Source of the DNA: Candidatus Bathyarchaeota archaeon
Lineage (GTDB): Archaea > Thermoproteota > Bathyarchaeia > Bathyarchaeales > Bathycorpusculaceae
Direction: 5' to 3'
Assembly (NCBI GenBank): GCA_963780185.1
Contig: CAWABA010000003.1
Coordinates: forward strand, 20,860 to 84,859
DNA: 64,000 nucleotides
Part shown: in pieces, positions 41,699-50,625 of the stretch
How the letters are laid out: every line of letters starts with the position of its first letter
How positions within the stretch are numbered: the stretch's first letter is position 1
Made by a program: the position numbers and the translations under genes
The notes under the pieces: model-generated
Told to the model about the DNA's origin: nothing
Database searches by the model: none
Seen by the model: the letters and a program-made list of their open reading frames with translations, nothing else

Positions 41699-43399
41699 GT
41701 GAATCACAGGAAAATCTGGCTTGCCGCGGCTCTTATAGCGATAATTGTTGTGTCTTTTTTTGTAGCGTCCAACCTTCTTGCGCCCGCGAAACAAACAGCT
41801 GTGTCTAAGCCTTTTTACGTGGGAATCGAAACGGGGTGGAACGCCACGGCTGCCCAATGTGAAGCTGTGATTAACCAAGTCAAAAATTACTGTAACCTGT
41901 ACATTGTCGCGTCGCCGCAAGTCATCGTGAACGAAACAGCGCTAAACGAGGTGTGTGACTACGCTTACGCGGCGGGAATGTCCTTTATGCCAGAGTTCTA
42001 CCAGCAGTTCTTCGTTAACCCAAACGGCTACACCCCACACGACTGGTTCGTCGCTGCAAAAGCACGCTACGGCGACCGTTTACTCGGCATATATTACTAC
42101 GATGAGCCAGCGGGAAGCCAACTGGATACAACTCAAATCATAAAAAACCCAGTTATAACGCCGACTTCCCCAGCGAAAAGCTACCTGGATTACACTGACT
42201 ACTTCTTTTGGCTTTGGACACACGGCAGCGACGGCGGCTTAACTGCAACTTCAGCTTTCTTTAAAAACGCAAATTCTTCCCTGTTCACTTCAGACTACGG
42301 CTTATACTGGTTCGACTACGACCTCGGATACAACACCGTTCTGGCGCAGTTCGGCTGGAACAACAGCAGACCCATGCAGATTAGCTTGGTCAGAGGCGCG
42401 GCAGAGGCTCAAAACCAAAGTTGGGGCGCCATCATAACCTGGACATACAACGGAACCGAGAACGGAGGCACCTATTTGGAGCCGCCCCCCGAGATGTACA
42501 GCGACATGGTTTTAGCCTACAATTGCGGCGCGTCATACGTATCCATCTACGACTCATCCCAAAACTACGTTGGCACCACACTGAACAGCTCATACTTAAC
42601 GAAACTGCAGGAGTTTTGGAACTACGTCCAGCAGAACCCGAGCAAACAAGGCAGCCTAAAAGCAGACACCGCCGTGGTGCTTCCGCAAGATTACGGCTTC
42701 GGCTTCCGCAGCCAAGACGATTCAGTTTGGCAGTACCGCACAGCCACCGCCTGGACACAGCAACTCTACCTCAACGTCACCACCCTTCTTGACAAATACA
42801 AGTCACGCTTAAACATCGTCTACAGCGACCCCCAATTCCAAAATGCGATCCGCAGCGATTACAGCAAAATCCTGTATTGGCCCAAAAACTTCGACAATGG
42901 CGTAAGCTACCAAATCGTAGACTCAGATAACGGTTTAGGATACAGCACCATCCAAGACGCAGCGTCTTCCTTCGCAACCTATCAAGGACACACCCTCCTA
43001 GTCAAGCCTGGAACCTACCAAGAAAACGTCGCAGTAACCAAACCCGTAGTCTTAGCCAGCCAAAAAACAAACGCCTCCATAATCGAAGGCTCCGCAGACG
43101 GAACCGCGTTAACGATTGAAGCCGACAACGTAACCGTAACTGGGTTCACCATCGAAAACAGTAACCACCCCCTGTCCACGACGGGCACCGGGATCCTGCT
43201 CCAAAACGTCCACAACTGCACGTTAACCAGCAACACGGTAACCTACAACAACGTGGGAGTTTTTCTTGTGAACTCAACCTACAACGTTTTCAGAGGCAAC
43301 GAAATCAACGGCAACATCTACAACCTGCTCTTCCAAAACTCAGAGCCAAACAGCATCGACAGCACCAACATAGTCGGCGGCGAACCATATGCTGGATAA
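41699..43399 (+). CDS. Exported protein: glycoside-hydrolase-like N-terminal domain plus NosD beta-helix C-terminus
   Basis: N-terminal TM; YYDEP, FTSDY; YSTIQDA..VKPGTYQENV..VTVTGFTI. Confidence 0.7.
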   Translation: MNHRKIWLAAALIAIIVVSFFVASNLLAPAKQTAVSKPFYVGIETGWNATAAQCEAVINQVKNYCNLYIVASPQVIVNETALNEVCDYAYAAGMSFMPEFYQQFFVNPNGYTPHDWFVAAKARYGDRLLGIYYYDEPAGSQLDTTQIIKNPVITPTSPAKSYLDYTDYFFWLWTHGSDGGLTATSAFFKNANSSLFTSDYGLYWFDYDLGYNTVLAQFGWNNSRPMQISLVRGAAEAQNQSWGAIITWTYNGTENGGTYLEPPPEMYSDMVLAYNCGASYVSIYDSSQNYVGTTLNSSYLTKLQEFWNYVQQNPSKQGSLKADTAVVLPQDYGFGFRSQDDSVWQYRTATAWTQQLYLNVTTLLDKYKSRLNIVYSDPQFQNAIRSDYSKILYWPKNFDNGVSYQIVDSDNGLGYSTIQDAASSFATYQGHTLLVKPGTYQENVAVTKPVVLASQKTNASIIEGSADGTALTIEADNVTVTGFTIENSNHPLSTTGTGILLQNVHNCTLTSNTVTYNNVGVFLVNSTYNVFRGNEINGNIYNLLFQNSEPNSIDSTNIVGGEPYAG

Positions 43400-43532
43400 G
43401 CCAGCTTCGCGGAGCAAACCCGAAATCCGCCATTTTTTACCCCTCGGTTTCCTTTAGAAGCATCTGTTGTAGGCAAGGTACAGTCACAACTTTTAAAGAG
43501 CCTAAGCCGAATCCATGTTTTGAGGTAAAACC

Positions 43533-44111
43533 ATGAAAATCGCAATCATCGGAAAAGGCAATGTTGGCAAAGCCTTGAGCCGTGGCTTAAGCGGCAAGCA
43601 TGAAGTGAAATTTGGTCACCGAGACCCAGAGGAGCCAGTTGCTGACGCCGCAAAATGGGGAGAAGTAATAGTTTTGGCGGTGCCCCACGACAACGCTGAA
43701 GAAGCAATCAGAGAAATCAAGCCTTACGCCGACGGCAAAGTAGTCATCGACGTCATTAACGCCGTAGGGTCGAAGATGGAGCTTGCAATAAGCTGCGCGA
43801 CCTCCACCGCCGAGGAAACCCAAAAGAAGCTGCCTGAGGCGCGGGTGGTGAAGGCGTTTAACACGGTTTTCGCGGGCAACCAAAGCTCGGGCAAAATAGG
43901 CAATGAGCAGTTGACAGCTTTTATCGCAGGCGACGACTCCAAAGCCAAGCAGACAGTTGCCCAACTGACAAGGGACATCGGCTTCGACCCCGTGGACTGC
44001 GGACCCCTCCAAGCGGCACGGTATCTTGATGCGATGGGCATTATGATAATCAATCTTGCCTTCAGCTATGGCATGGGCACAAAAATAGGCTACAAACTGG
44101 TCAGAGACTAA
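43533..44111 (+). CDS. F420:NADP oxidoreductase-family dinucleotide-binding enzyme
   Basis: IIGKGNVG, VLAVP, VVKAFNTV, AGDD, GFDPVDCGPL. Confidence 0.87.
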   Translation: MKIAIIGKGNVGKALSRGLSGKHEVKFGHRDPEEPVADAAKWGEVIVLAVPHDNAEEAIREIKPYADGKVVIDVINAVGSKMELAISCATSTAEETQKKLPEARVVKAFNTVFAGNQSSGKIGNEQLTAFIAGDDSKAKQTVAQLTRDIGFDPVDCGPLQAARYLDAMGIMIINLAFSYGMGTKIGYKLVRD

Positions 44112-44188
44112 GCATCCACTTTATACGATTCTCCAACAAACTTCACGGAAACCTCTGGAACATAAAGGCACCCAACCGTGGGAAAGGG

Positions 44189-44864
44189 TCAATGAGCTGC
44201 ATAATTAGTTTTCCGATGCCTAACTATCACAGCAGCAAAGAGCACGAAAAGAAGTAAAGGCACAATTACCAGCCAAGAAAACTCTGGAATGGCAGGAGTT
44301 GGTGTAGGTGATATAGAGTTTGCAGGTATGGTTAGTGTTTGTGTGCTACTCCAATCGCTTGTTCCAATAATGTCAAAATTTAGGGTTTGGTTAACCAAGA
44401 ACGATTGCACTCTAAAATCCAATGGAACACCGGTGGGAAGGGATTGTACTGATTCGGATATGATTGTGTATTGGGAATCGGATTGGGGAAGTAGACCTGA
44501 TGGAGAGTTTGGGACATAAGGAAGAAGGTTTGTCCAATTTTCAACTAAGTGGCCTTTAATTTTGAACGTTGTAGTACAAAGAGAATAATTTGCCGAGGGA
44601 AGATGCAAAATTGCTGTTTAGAATTGAAATTTTTACAGTTCTGTTATCTACGTGATACCCTTGATTAGTTATGTTTTCTCCTGTGTATGGATTCGTTGAA
44701 TATGTTGTTGGCACTTACATAGGATGCATCAATAAATTTTAGAGTAAACTGTGGGATAGGCGACTGAGTTTTTGTCTGAGCAAATACGGTTTACCCATAA
44801 TTAGGGTAGTGGCAAATAAGATAACAATGAGAAGTAATGAAAAACCCTTGCATCTGCTTTTCAT
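44189..44864 (-). pseudogene. PEF-CTERM-like surface protein, frameshifted in the 5' half
   Basis: ATG at 44864 MKSRCKGFSLLLI; SDWSSTQTLTI..IPEFSWLVIVPLLL..RHRK; paralog of 46809-47585. Confidence 0.7.
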
Positions 44865-44885
44865 ACTTAAGGCAAAGAATGGCTT

Positions 44886-44943
44886 GCGATAAAAGGCTAT
44901 TCGTAAAGGATTCTTGACTAAGAGGAGTCAAGTTCTCTTGACT
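44886..44943 (-). repeat. Conserved double-dyad upstream element, copy 2
   Basis: agtcaag-agaa-cttgact-cctctt-agtcaag-aatc-ctttacg-aatagccttttatcgc; overlaps the last codons of the upstream gene. Confidence 0.85.
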
Positions 44944-45685
44944 TGTTTTTTCGATGGCAAAATATCACGGCAGCAGAGAACAAAGACAGAAGAAAAGGCA
45001 CAATCACCCACCAAGTTAGCTCTGGAACGGCAGGAGATGAGGTTGGAGTTGGCGTTGGTGAGGTTGAGGTAGAACTTGCAGGTATGGTTATTGTTTGGGT
45101 TGGGCTCCAACCACTTGTTATGTATGTCCAAGTGCCAGTGTCTCCGTGTGGAGCGAATGGATGAAAAGTTACTATGATTGCTTCAACTTGTAAATCTATT
45201 TGACCATATCCTTGGTAATATATGAAACGATATTCCTGTGCTTCAATTTGATTTTCAGATAAATATAGTGAAAGTGAAGTATTTTCAGAGGAATTATTTT
45301 GGGGAACAAGAAATTCTCGCGCCTCTGAATCTGTAAAAATCTCTGTCCAATTTTCTTGTGAATGCCCCTTGTAGCGGACATTGTAATTAAAACTAGTTAA
45401 GTCATCAGGTGGCAGAAAAGGTTGGTTTTTTATGATTATTTGCACGGTCTCATTTTGCACTTGTTTTGTAGTACTCTGCCCTGATGCGTCAATGGTTGTT
45501 ATGTTATTGGGAACAAGAGCAAATTTAGCGGTAAATTGCGGAACAGATGGCGTAGGTATGGGAACAGAAGAAGTTGTAGGTGTAGAGGTCTGACCGCTTG
45601 CAGGTTTAATCATCAATAGATTTAGACTTGAAATAGCCATTATTAGAATCAGAATTAATGCGAAACTTTTACCTGAACTTCCCAT
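44918..45685 (-). CDS. PEF-CTERM-like surface protein
   Basis: Signal peptide, PSVPQF, IKNQPF, YNVRYKGH, SGWSPTQTITI, VPELTW-TM-HRK. Confidence 0.82.
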   Translation of the reverse strand: MGSSGKSFALILILIMAISSLNLLMIKPASGQTSTPTTSSVPIPTPSVPQFTAKFALVPNNITTIDASGQSTTKQVQNETVQIIIKNQPFLPPDDLTSFNYNVRYKGHSQENWTEIFTDSEAREFLVPQNNSSENTSLSLYLSENQIEAQEYRFIYYQGYGQIDLQVEAIIVTFHPFAPHGDTGTWTYITSGWSPTQTITIPASSTSTSPTPTPTSSPAVPELTWWVIVPFLLSLFSAAVIFCHRKNKSRELDSS

Positions 45686-45706
45686 ATTATCTCTTAGAAC
45701 CTGTTT

Positions 45707-45767
45707 GCGATAAAAGCCTATTCGTAAAGGTTCCTTGACTAAGCTGAGTCAAAGTTTCTTGACTAAC
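45707..45767 (-). repeat. Conserved double-dyad upstream element, copy 3
   Basis: agtcaag-aaac-tttgact-cagctt-agtcaag-gaac-ctttacg-aataggcttttatcgc. Confidence 0.85.
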
Positions 45768-46093
45768 TAAGAGAAGTGTCAATTTCTCATGGCAGAGAGG
45801 CATTCTGAGAAGGGGTCTGTTCTGTTTCCTTGCTTCTTTGAAGTCTGTAGATGAAGATTAGGTTCATTGCCACTGTGATAAAGAATATCCAAAAAGGAAG
45901 GTTAGGCAAATTTATTATACCGTGCAGGTCAACCCATGTGCCACCCGAAAATACCATGCTCTGCGTAAATGTAAACCAAAAAGGGTCTGCATGGACGCTC
46001 CCAATAATCGGGTATTCCCCAATTGATTCTTTCCCATACGTAGGCGCTTGTCCCCCAAAAAATCAGAGCCAAAAAAGCGTCAATGTAAAACGT

Positions 46094-46714
46094 TCAAGAG
46101 GCTCTTGGAGTAACTATCATCTCTAAACCAATTCCTGAATAGTAAGTTAAGAGTTGTGAGTTCTCATTGGCATTAAGTTGTGTGGCTTTTCCTAAGCTTA
46201 TGTCGATTGAGTATTGACCAATTGGTGCATTTTGGGCTAGGTTAATTGTAAGAAGGATTGAATTAGACATGTCAGGTTGCAACGTTACCTGATTTTGGCT
46301 AAATGAGTAGTTGAAGGCTTGTTGCTGAATAGCAGAATAGTTGCCATTGCTATCTATCCAACGGTGCAAGTCTACTATACTGCTGAAGTAAGTTACGGTG
46401 AGGTTTTCAATTGGTATTCTTATCGGTTGGTTAGTTAATGACATGAAGGTTATGTTTACTTCCAAAGGTAACCCTTGAGAAACATTATTGTAGAAACCGT
46501 TGTATCCAGACACTTCCGTAACTTGGGGATTTAGAACGGAACAATTATGATCGTACAGAGGGACTGGAGTAGGCGTAATTTTCGGATTAACGTTTCCTGT
46601 TCTTGCTTTGCTGCTTTCAAAAAGATATACTGCTACAGACGCTACAACAACGATTGCAATTAACAAGAGAGCAATTGCAGTTTTTCTATAGGAAAGCTTC
46701 TGCATCTGTTTCAC
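46094..46714 (-). CDS. Membrane-anchored Ig-like hypothetical protein
   Basis: N-terminal TM; LTINLAQNAPIGQYSI. Confidence 0.7.
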   Translation of the reverse strand: MKQMQKLSYRKTAIALLLIAIVVVASVAVYLFESSKARTGNVNPKITPTPVPLYDHNCSVLNPQVTEVSGYNGFYNNVSQGLPLEVNITFMSLTNQPIRIPIENLTVTYFSSIVDLHRWIDSNGNYSAIQQQAFNYSFSQNQVTLQPDMSNSILLTINLAQNAPIGQYSIDISLGKATQLNANENSQLLTYYSGIGLEMIVTPRAS

Positions 46715-46808
46715 TTTCTTGTCATATAGGCGGTTTAGTTCTTTAAACTATATTTTAGAACAAGTAGTCATCCGCATTGGCACAGTATGCATTTGCGTGG
46801 GAAAAAGT

Positions 46809-47585
46809 CTATTGCTTCAAGTTATCGGTTTTTCGATGCCTAATCAGGATGGCGATGCAGAAGACAGAAAGAAGCAAAGGCAAAATCACCAACCAAGGCA
46901 ACTCAGAAACAGTCGGGGTTGAACTTGAACTGGAAACTTGACCTATCGTTATAGTTTGCGTGTCGCTCCAATCGCTTGTTTGGCCAGTAAAGAAATACCC
47001 TGAACCCATTCCGACCGAGTAGGCTTCGCTATATATGTACCCGAATTGTGCTTGCACTTGAAATTCAACTTGGGTGCCTTCAGGTGGTGTTTCTGCGCCA
47101 GTATATTCTGTTAACTGCTCTAGAGTAATTGAAATGTTAGTGTAATCTGCGTTTGAAGCCGAATAATAGATGAAGGACGGACCGCCTAATCCTCCATAGG
47201 TATGTGTGCTTACGTTTCCGTCAAATGGGTAGTAAGTCCATGAGTTTCCATGTGTCCCCTTAAATCTAAAGTTGTAGTATAAATTTGTATAATTCCCACT
47301 TGAATCATCGAAAGAAATGAAGGGTTGATTCTTGATCGTAAATTCCACGCTTCTACCATCTACATGGTAACCTGCTTGGATTGTGATGTTCTGTCCTGTG
47401 TATTGGTCTACGCCATATTTGGGTGGAACATCGTACGAATAATCAACATAATTGACTATAAATTGCGGGACAGATGGTTTAGAAGTTGACTGAGCAAATG
47501 CTGGCCTAATAGCCAACAGACTTAGGCTTGGGATAACCATTATAAGAATCAGAAGTAAACCCGAGCTCTTACTTAGATTGCTCAT
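46809..47585 (-). CDS. PEF-CTERM-like surface protein
   Basis: Signal peptide, KPSVPQF, IKNQPF, YNFRFKG, SDWSDTQTITI, VSELPW-TM-RHRK. Confidence 0.82.
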   Translation of the reverse strand: MSNLSKSSGLLLILIMVIPSLSLLAIRPAFAQSTSKPSVPQFIVNYVDYSYDVPPKYGVDQYTGQNITIQAGYHVDGRSVEFTIKNQPFISFDDSSGNYTNLYYNFRFKGTHGNSWTYYPFDGNVSTHTYGGLGGPSFIYYSASNADYTNISITLEQLTEYTGAETPPEGTQVEFQVQAQFGYIYSEAYSVGMGSGYFFTGQTSDWSDTQTITIGQVSSSSSTPTVSELPWLVILPLLLSVFCIAILIRHRKTDNLKQ

Positions 47586-47608
47586 GATTTATTCTTATGA
47601 ATTGAAGT

Positions 47609-47668
47609 CGATAAAAGCCTATTCGTAAGGGTTTCTTGACTGGGCTAAGTCAAGGTTTCTTAACTAAC
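47609..47668 (-). repeat. Conserved double-dyad upstream element, copy 4
   Basis: agttaag-aaac-cttgact-tagccc-agtcaag-aaac-ccttacg-aataggcttttatcg. Confidence 0.85.
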
Positions 47669-47735
47669 AATCACTAATATTTTTAGACATGAAAAGTTTG
47701 AAAATGACCCATTTTCGATGCCTCAGAAAGTCTGA

Positions 47736-48641
47736 TTACTTATTACCAATTATTTTTTTCGTCGCCTTTCTTTTTATAAGAATAGCAATAGTGATAACTG
47801 CTAGAATTAAAATAACGATTATTGCTATCAAAACGGGATACAAGGGATTTATGATTGTAAAGTAAATGGTTTTTGAGGCTACCGTGTTTCCCACGGTGTC
47901 ACTGGCATAAACAACTATGCTGTGGTGTCCATCAGACAAGTTTGTCAGAGTTGTGTTTCCATTTATTGTTGCGTTGGCGCGGTTGTCGAGGCTGTAATTC
48001 AGGGAGGCGTAATCGCCATCAACTCCAAAATGAAGCGGAACACTCCTCCAGTAGTACGTTTGGTTACCGGGAGACTTCATCGATATCGTTGGAGGCGCCG
48101 CAACAGTGAAATTCAATGTTTCACTGCTTGCCAACGTAGCATAACCGAAAACTCCGCCCCAATACAACGCAACCTTCGTGACTGTAAAGTTGATGTATTG
48201 ATGCCCAAGGGGGATATCTGTCCAAACCAAGCTTTTTGTCACAGAGCCTGGCGGTCCGTTTCCGGTCCATTGGTTGAGTTCAGCTGGGTTCCCACTCCAA
48301 CGGTAAATGGTTACTGGAGAATATGGTATCCAACTTGCTTTGTATGAAACTTGTAGAACGCCTACGGCTCTTCCCTCTGGAGAAGTGTTGGCAACCGCCG
48401 TTAAGTTCAGCTTGAAGGGTTGATTTGCTTGCAGGTTGAACGACGGATTATTATACCAATATATAGTTGCGCCGTTTGATAGGGTGAATGTGAAGAATGG
48501 AGACCACTCATCGGAAGTTGGGGGTCCTTGTTGGATTTCTTGTGCTGAAACGTTACGTAAGGCTGGAATTATTAATCCTGCCAAAAGACAGAGCGCAATA
48601 ATGAACGCTAATGTTTTCTTCATGCTGTTGCCAACTGTCAT
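47736..48641 (-). CDS. Secreted Ig-like domain surface protein with C-terminal TM
   Basis: SPGNQTY..YSLD..GNTTLTNLSDGHHSIVVYASDTVGN. Confidence 0.8.
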   Translation of the reverse strand: MTVGNSMKKTLAFIIALCLLAGLIIPALRNVSAQEIQQGPPTSDEWSPFFTFTLSNGATIYWYNNPSFNLQANQPFKLNLTAVANTSPEGRAVGVLQVSYKASWIPYSPVTIYRWSGNPAELNQWTGNGPPGSVTKSLVWTDIPLGHQYINFTVTKVALYWGGVFGYATLASSETLNFTVAAPPTISMKSPGNQTYYWRSVPLHFGVDGDYASLNYSLDNRANATINGNTTLTNLSDGHHSIVVYASDTVGNTVASKTIYFTIINPLYPVLIAIIVILILAVITIAILIKRKATKKIIGNK

Positions 48642-48660
48642 TGCTTAAATCAATTTAAAG

Positions 48661-48729
48661 AGGCTTTTCATCAAAATTTCTTGACTAAGCTTCGTCAAGG
48701 TTTCTTGAGTAAGAATTAGTCGATTTCTA
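48661..48729 (-). repeat. Conserved double-dyad upstream element, copy 5 (shares TAGAAATxGACTAATTCTTA flank with copy 1)
   Basis: tagaaatcgactaattctt-actcaag-aaac-cttgacg-aagctt-agtcaag-aaat-tttgatg-aaaagcct. Confidence 0.8.
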
Positions 48730-48731
48730 CG

Positions 48732-49404
48732 CTATGCGGATTTAAGAATTATCGTGCTTTCAAAAAGGGAAAAACTGTGGCTTGCCGTGAGAAAAGGTCT
48801 AGCTAGTAACCTTTCTTTTTTCGTGCTTTTTCCATAAATTGTAATTCCCATTCCCGACAAGGCAACAGCTACTCCAACATAGAGAACCTGAAAGGGAAGC
48901 AGAGGAACATTTTGAGTTCCACTTCTATAATGGGTTTCATTCCATAACTGCTCTATTTGCCAATGCACATCGTTTGCAGAAACTGTCCCTGAACTGTGGA
49001 AAACAAAGTTGTAGGTTGAATTCTTAGGAACTACCCAATCGGTGTTAACCACAGTTACGTTTGGATAGGATAAGTAGGGTGAGGAACCAGCATTGCTGGT
49101 TAGGCCTTTGCTTCCATCACCTACGTAAAAATCAATTTTCTGACCCGAAGTGACGTTAACCTGAATATTCAAAAAATCTCCTGCACTAAGGGTAATTCCA
49201 TCAGCCCAGTCTGCGGTTGGATCCACTACTCCAAACGAAGGACCCAGAAGACCAAAGCGGTCTACGAGGACGGTTGATTTTGGAACTTGGTATGCCTCGG
49301 TTTTGTTTTGGGGAACGGCAACAAAAGTGAAGGCGCTAAATAGAATCCCGAGGGCAAGGATAATAATTCCAATCGCCGCTGCTGCTTTTTTCGTTGCTTT
49401 TCAC
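48732..49404 (-). CDS. Membrane protein with GOLD/emp24-like beta-sandwich; indel in A-run near the start
   Basis: Frame open upstream of 49226 through a TM (AAAIGIIILALGILF); IDFYV, TYNFVF; C-terminal TM. Confidence 0.55.
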
Positions 49405-49547
49405 CAAAGATGCCTAGCCGCTAATTCGGCTTTTAGTTCTATTGTTGGAACATGCTGTTCCTATTATGGAACACTCAGCAGCGGATTTTAATGGATAAGA
49501 TGGCTGCGTCGCATCGCTGGAAAAGGCCAAGCATCCAAGGTCCTATT

Positions 49548-49596
49548 TGGTGCGAAACGCGATTTGAACCCTCTACCCTGAGATTTAGAAGGCTCG
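49548..49596 (-). pseudogene. Degenerate 3' half of a tRNA-Arg(UCU)-like sequence
   Basis: Minus strand cgagcCTTCTAAatctcaGGGTAGAGGGTTCAAATCgcgtttcgcACCA: anticodon loop, T-loop and CCA present; stems broken, 5' half absent. Confidence 0.45.
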
Positions 49597-49607
49597 CCCC
49601 GCACTTT

Positions 49608-49893
49608 GCAGAAAACCAAAACCCACGCGAACCCGCGCTTGCCACTGAGAAACGCTGCGCCCAAAACTGACAATGCCATCTCAATTGAGTCAATATAGCA
49701 AGCCTCATTCCGCCCATAGCAAAAGTCGCAACGCCCATCCCGCAACATGCCACACGAAGCACCGCCCATCCGCCAACATAGAACACGACCAAACACGACC
49801 AGACCTACAAGCCCTACAAGCCCCAAACCAAAAAAGCAACACAGAAAACAAACAGAAAAAAGTCTCAACTTTTCACAGGACAAAAGTCGCAAC
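49608..49893 (+). repeat. Dispersed non-coding element, copy A
   Basis: Matches 52608-52843, e.g. CACGACCAGA.CTACAAGCCCT.CAAGCCCCAAACC and AAAAGTCTCAACTTT.CACAGGACAAAAGTC.CAAC. Confidence 0.85.
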
Positions 49894-49944
49894 AAAAAAT
49901 CTCTTCCAAAACCCGCCCGAAAACCCCGCGGAAAACAGCCCCTC

Positions 49945-50290
49945 CCAGTCGCCGACGACGGGCACAGGAATCCTCCTCCAAAACGCCCACGGCTGCTTCA
50001 TCGCCGACAACCTCGTCACGAACAACTACAACGGCGTACTCCTCGTCAACTCTACAGCAAACACATTCAGAAGCAACATAATCAACGGGAATGTCAACGG
50101 CTTCCTGTTTCTGAATTCTTCGCCCAACGACATCGACGCCTCCAACATAGTAAACGGCAAGCCGTACAGCCCGTAACGAAGCTCTTCGAAGCTAACGAAA
50201 CCGAAGCGGTAACCCCTCCTCTTCGAATAGAAGCCCCCTGTTATAGGCACCATACAGTCACAACTTCTAAAGAGCATATCAGATCCTGAA
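49945..50290 (+). pseudogene. 3' fragment and downstream flank of a paralog of 41699-43399
   Basis: TTGTGILLQNAH..IDASNIV vs TTGTGILLQNVH..IDSTNIV; shared downstream TACAGTCACAACTT.TAAAGAGC. Confidence 0.75.
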
Positions 50291-50325
50291 AGTAAATAAA
50301 AAAGAAGGCAGAACCAGAAAAGATC

Positions 50326-50570
50326 ATTGATTTAAGTTACTGTTTTTTCGATGCCTAAGTATCATCGCAACAGAGAGCATAGAAAGAAGTAAAGGCACAA
50401 TCGCCAACTAAGAAAACTCTGGAACGGCAGCAGTTAGAGTTCGAGATGTAGGCAGAGTTGGGTTTGAAGAATTCGGATCTGTTGTTGCAGAAATTACTGA
50501 TGAAGGAGTTAGAGATGCAGAGGAAGGAACTGAAGAAGCCGTTGGAGGTGGGGCACCCTCCTCGCACCTA
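50326..50570 (-). pseudogene. Orphan PEF-CTERM-like tail remnant
   Basis: Ser/Thr/Pro linker, then AVPEFS*LAIVPLLLSMLSVAMILRHRKNSNLNQ; TAG stands where paralogs have TGG. Confidence 0.7.
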
Positions 50571-50625
50571 AGGACTCTGGTTTCGCTATTGCGAAAAAAA
50601 TTCGTAAAAAAGAAAAGTTTGGTTT

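Noticed and set aside
44886-48729. CRISPR array or canonical attC sites
   Set aside because: Copies are separated by whole genes, there are no cas genes, and the RYYYAAC...GTTRRRY boundary pattern is not consistently present
43170-50176. Diversity-generating retroelement TR/VR pair (43170-43399 vs 49945-50176)
   Set aside because: Differences are not adenine-specific and include many synonymous changes; no reverse transcriptase in the window
49452-50289. Overlapping ORFs 49475, 49488, 49673, 49747 (and 52608-52909)
   Set aside because: Low-complexity translations across a repeated non-coding element; frames are not conserved between copies
50408-50410. In-frame TAG as pyrrolysine readthrough
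   Set aside because: It lies in a headless fragment at a conserved Trp position; a TGG-to-TAG mutation suffices
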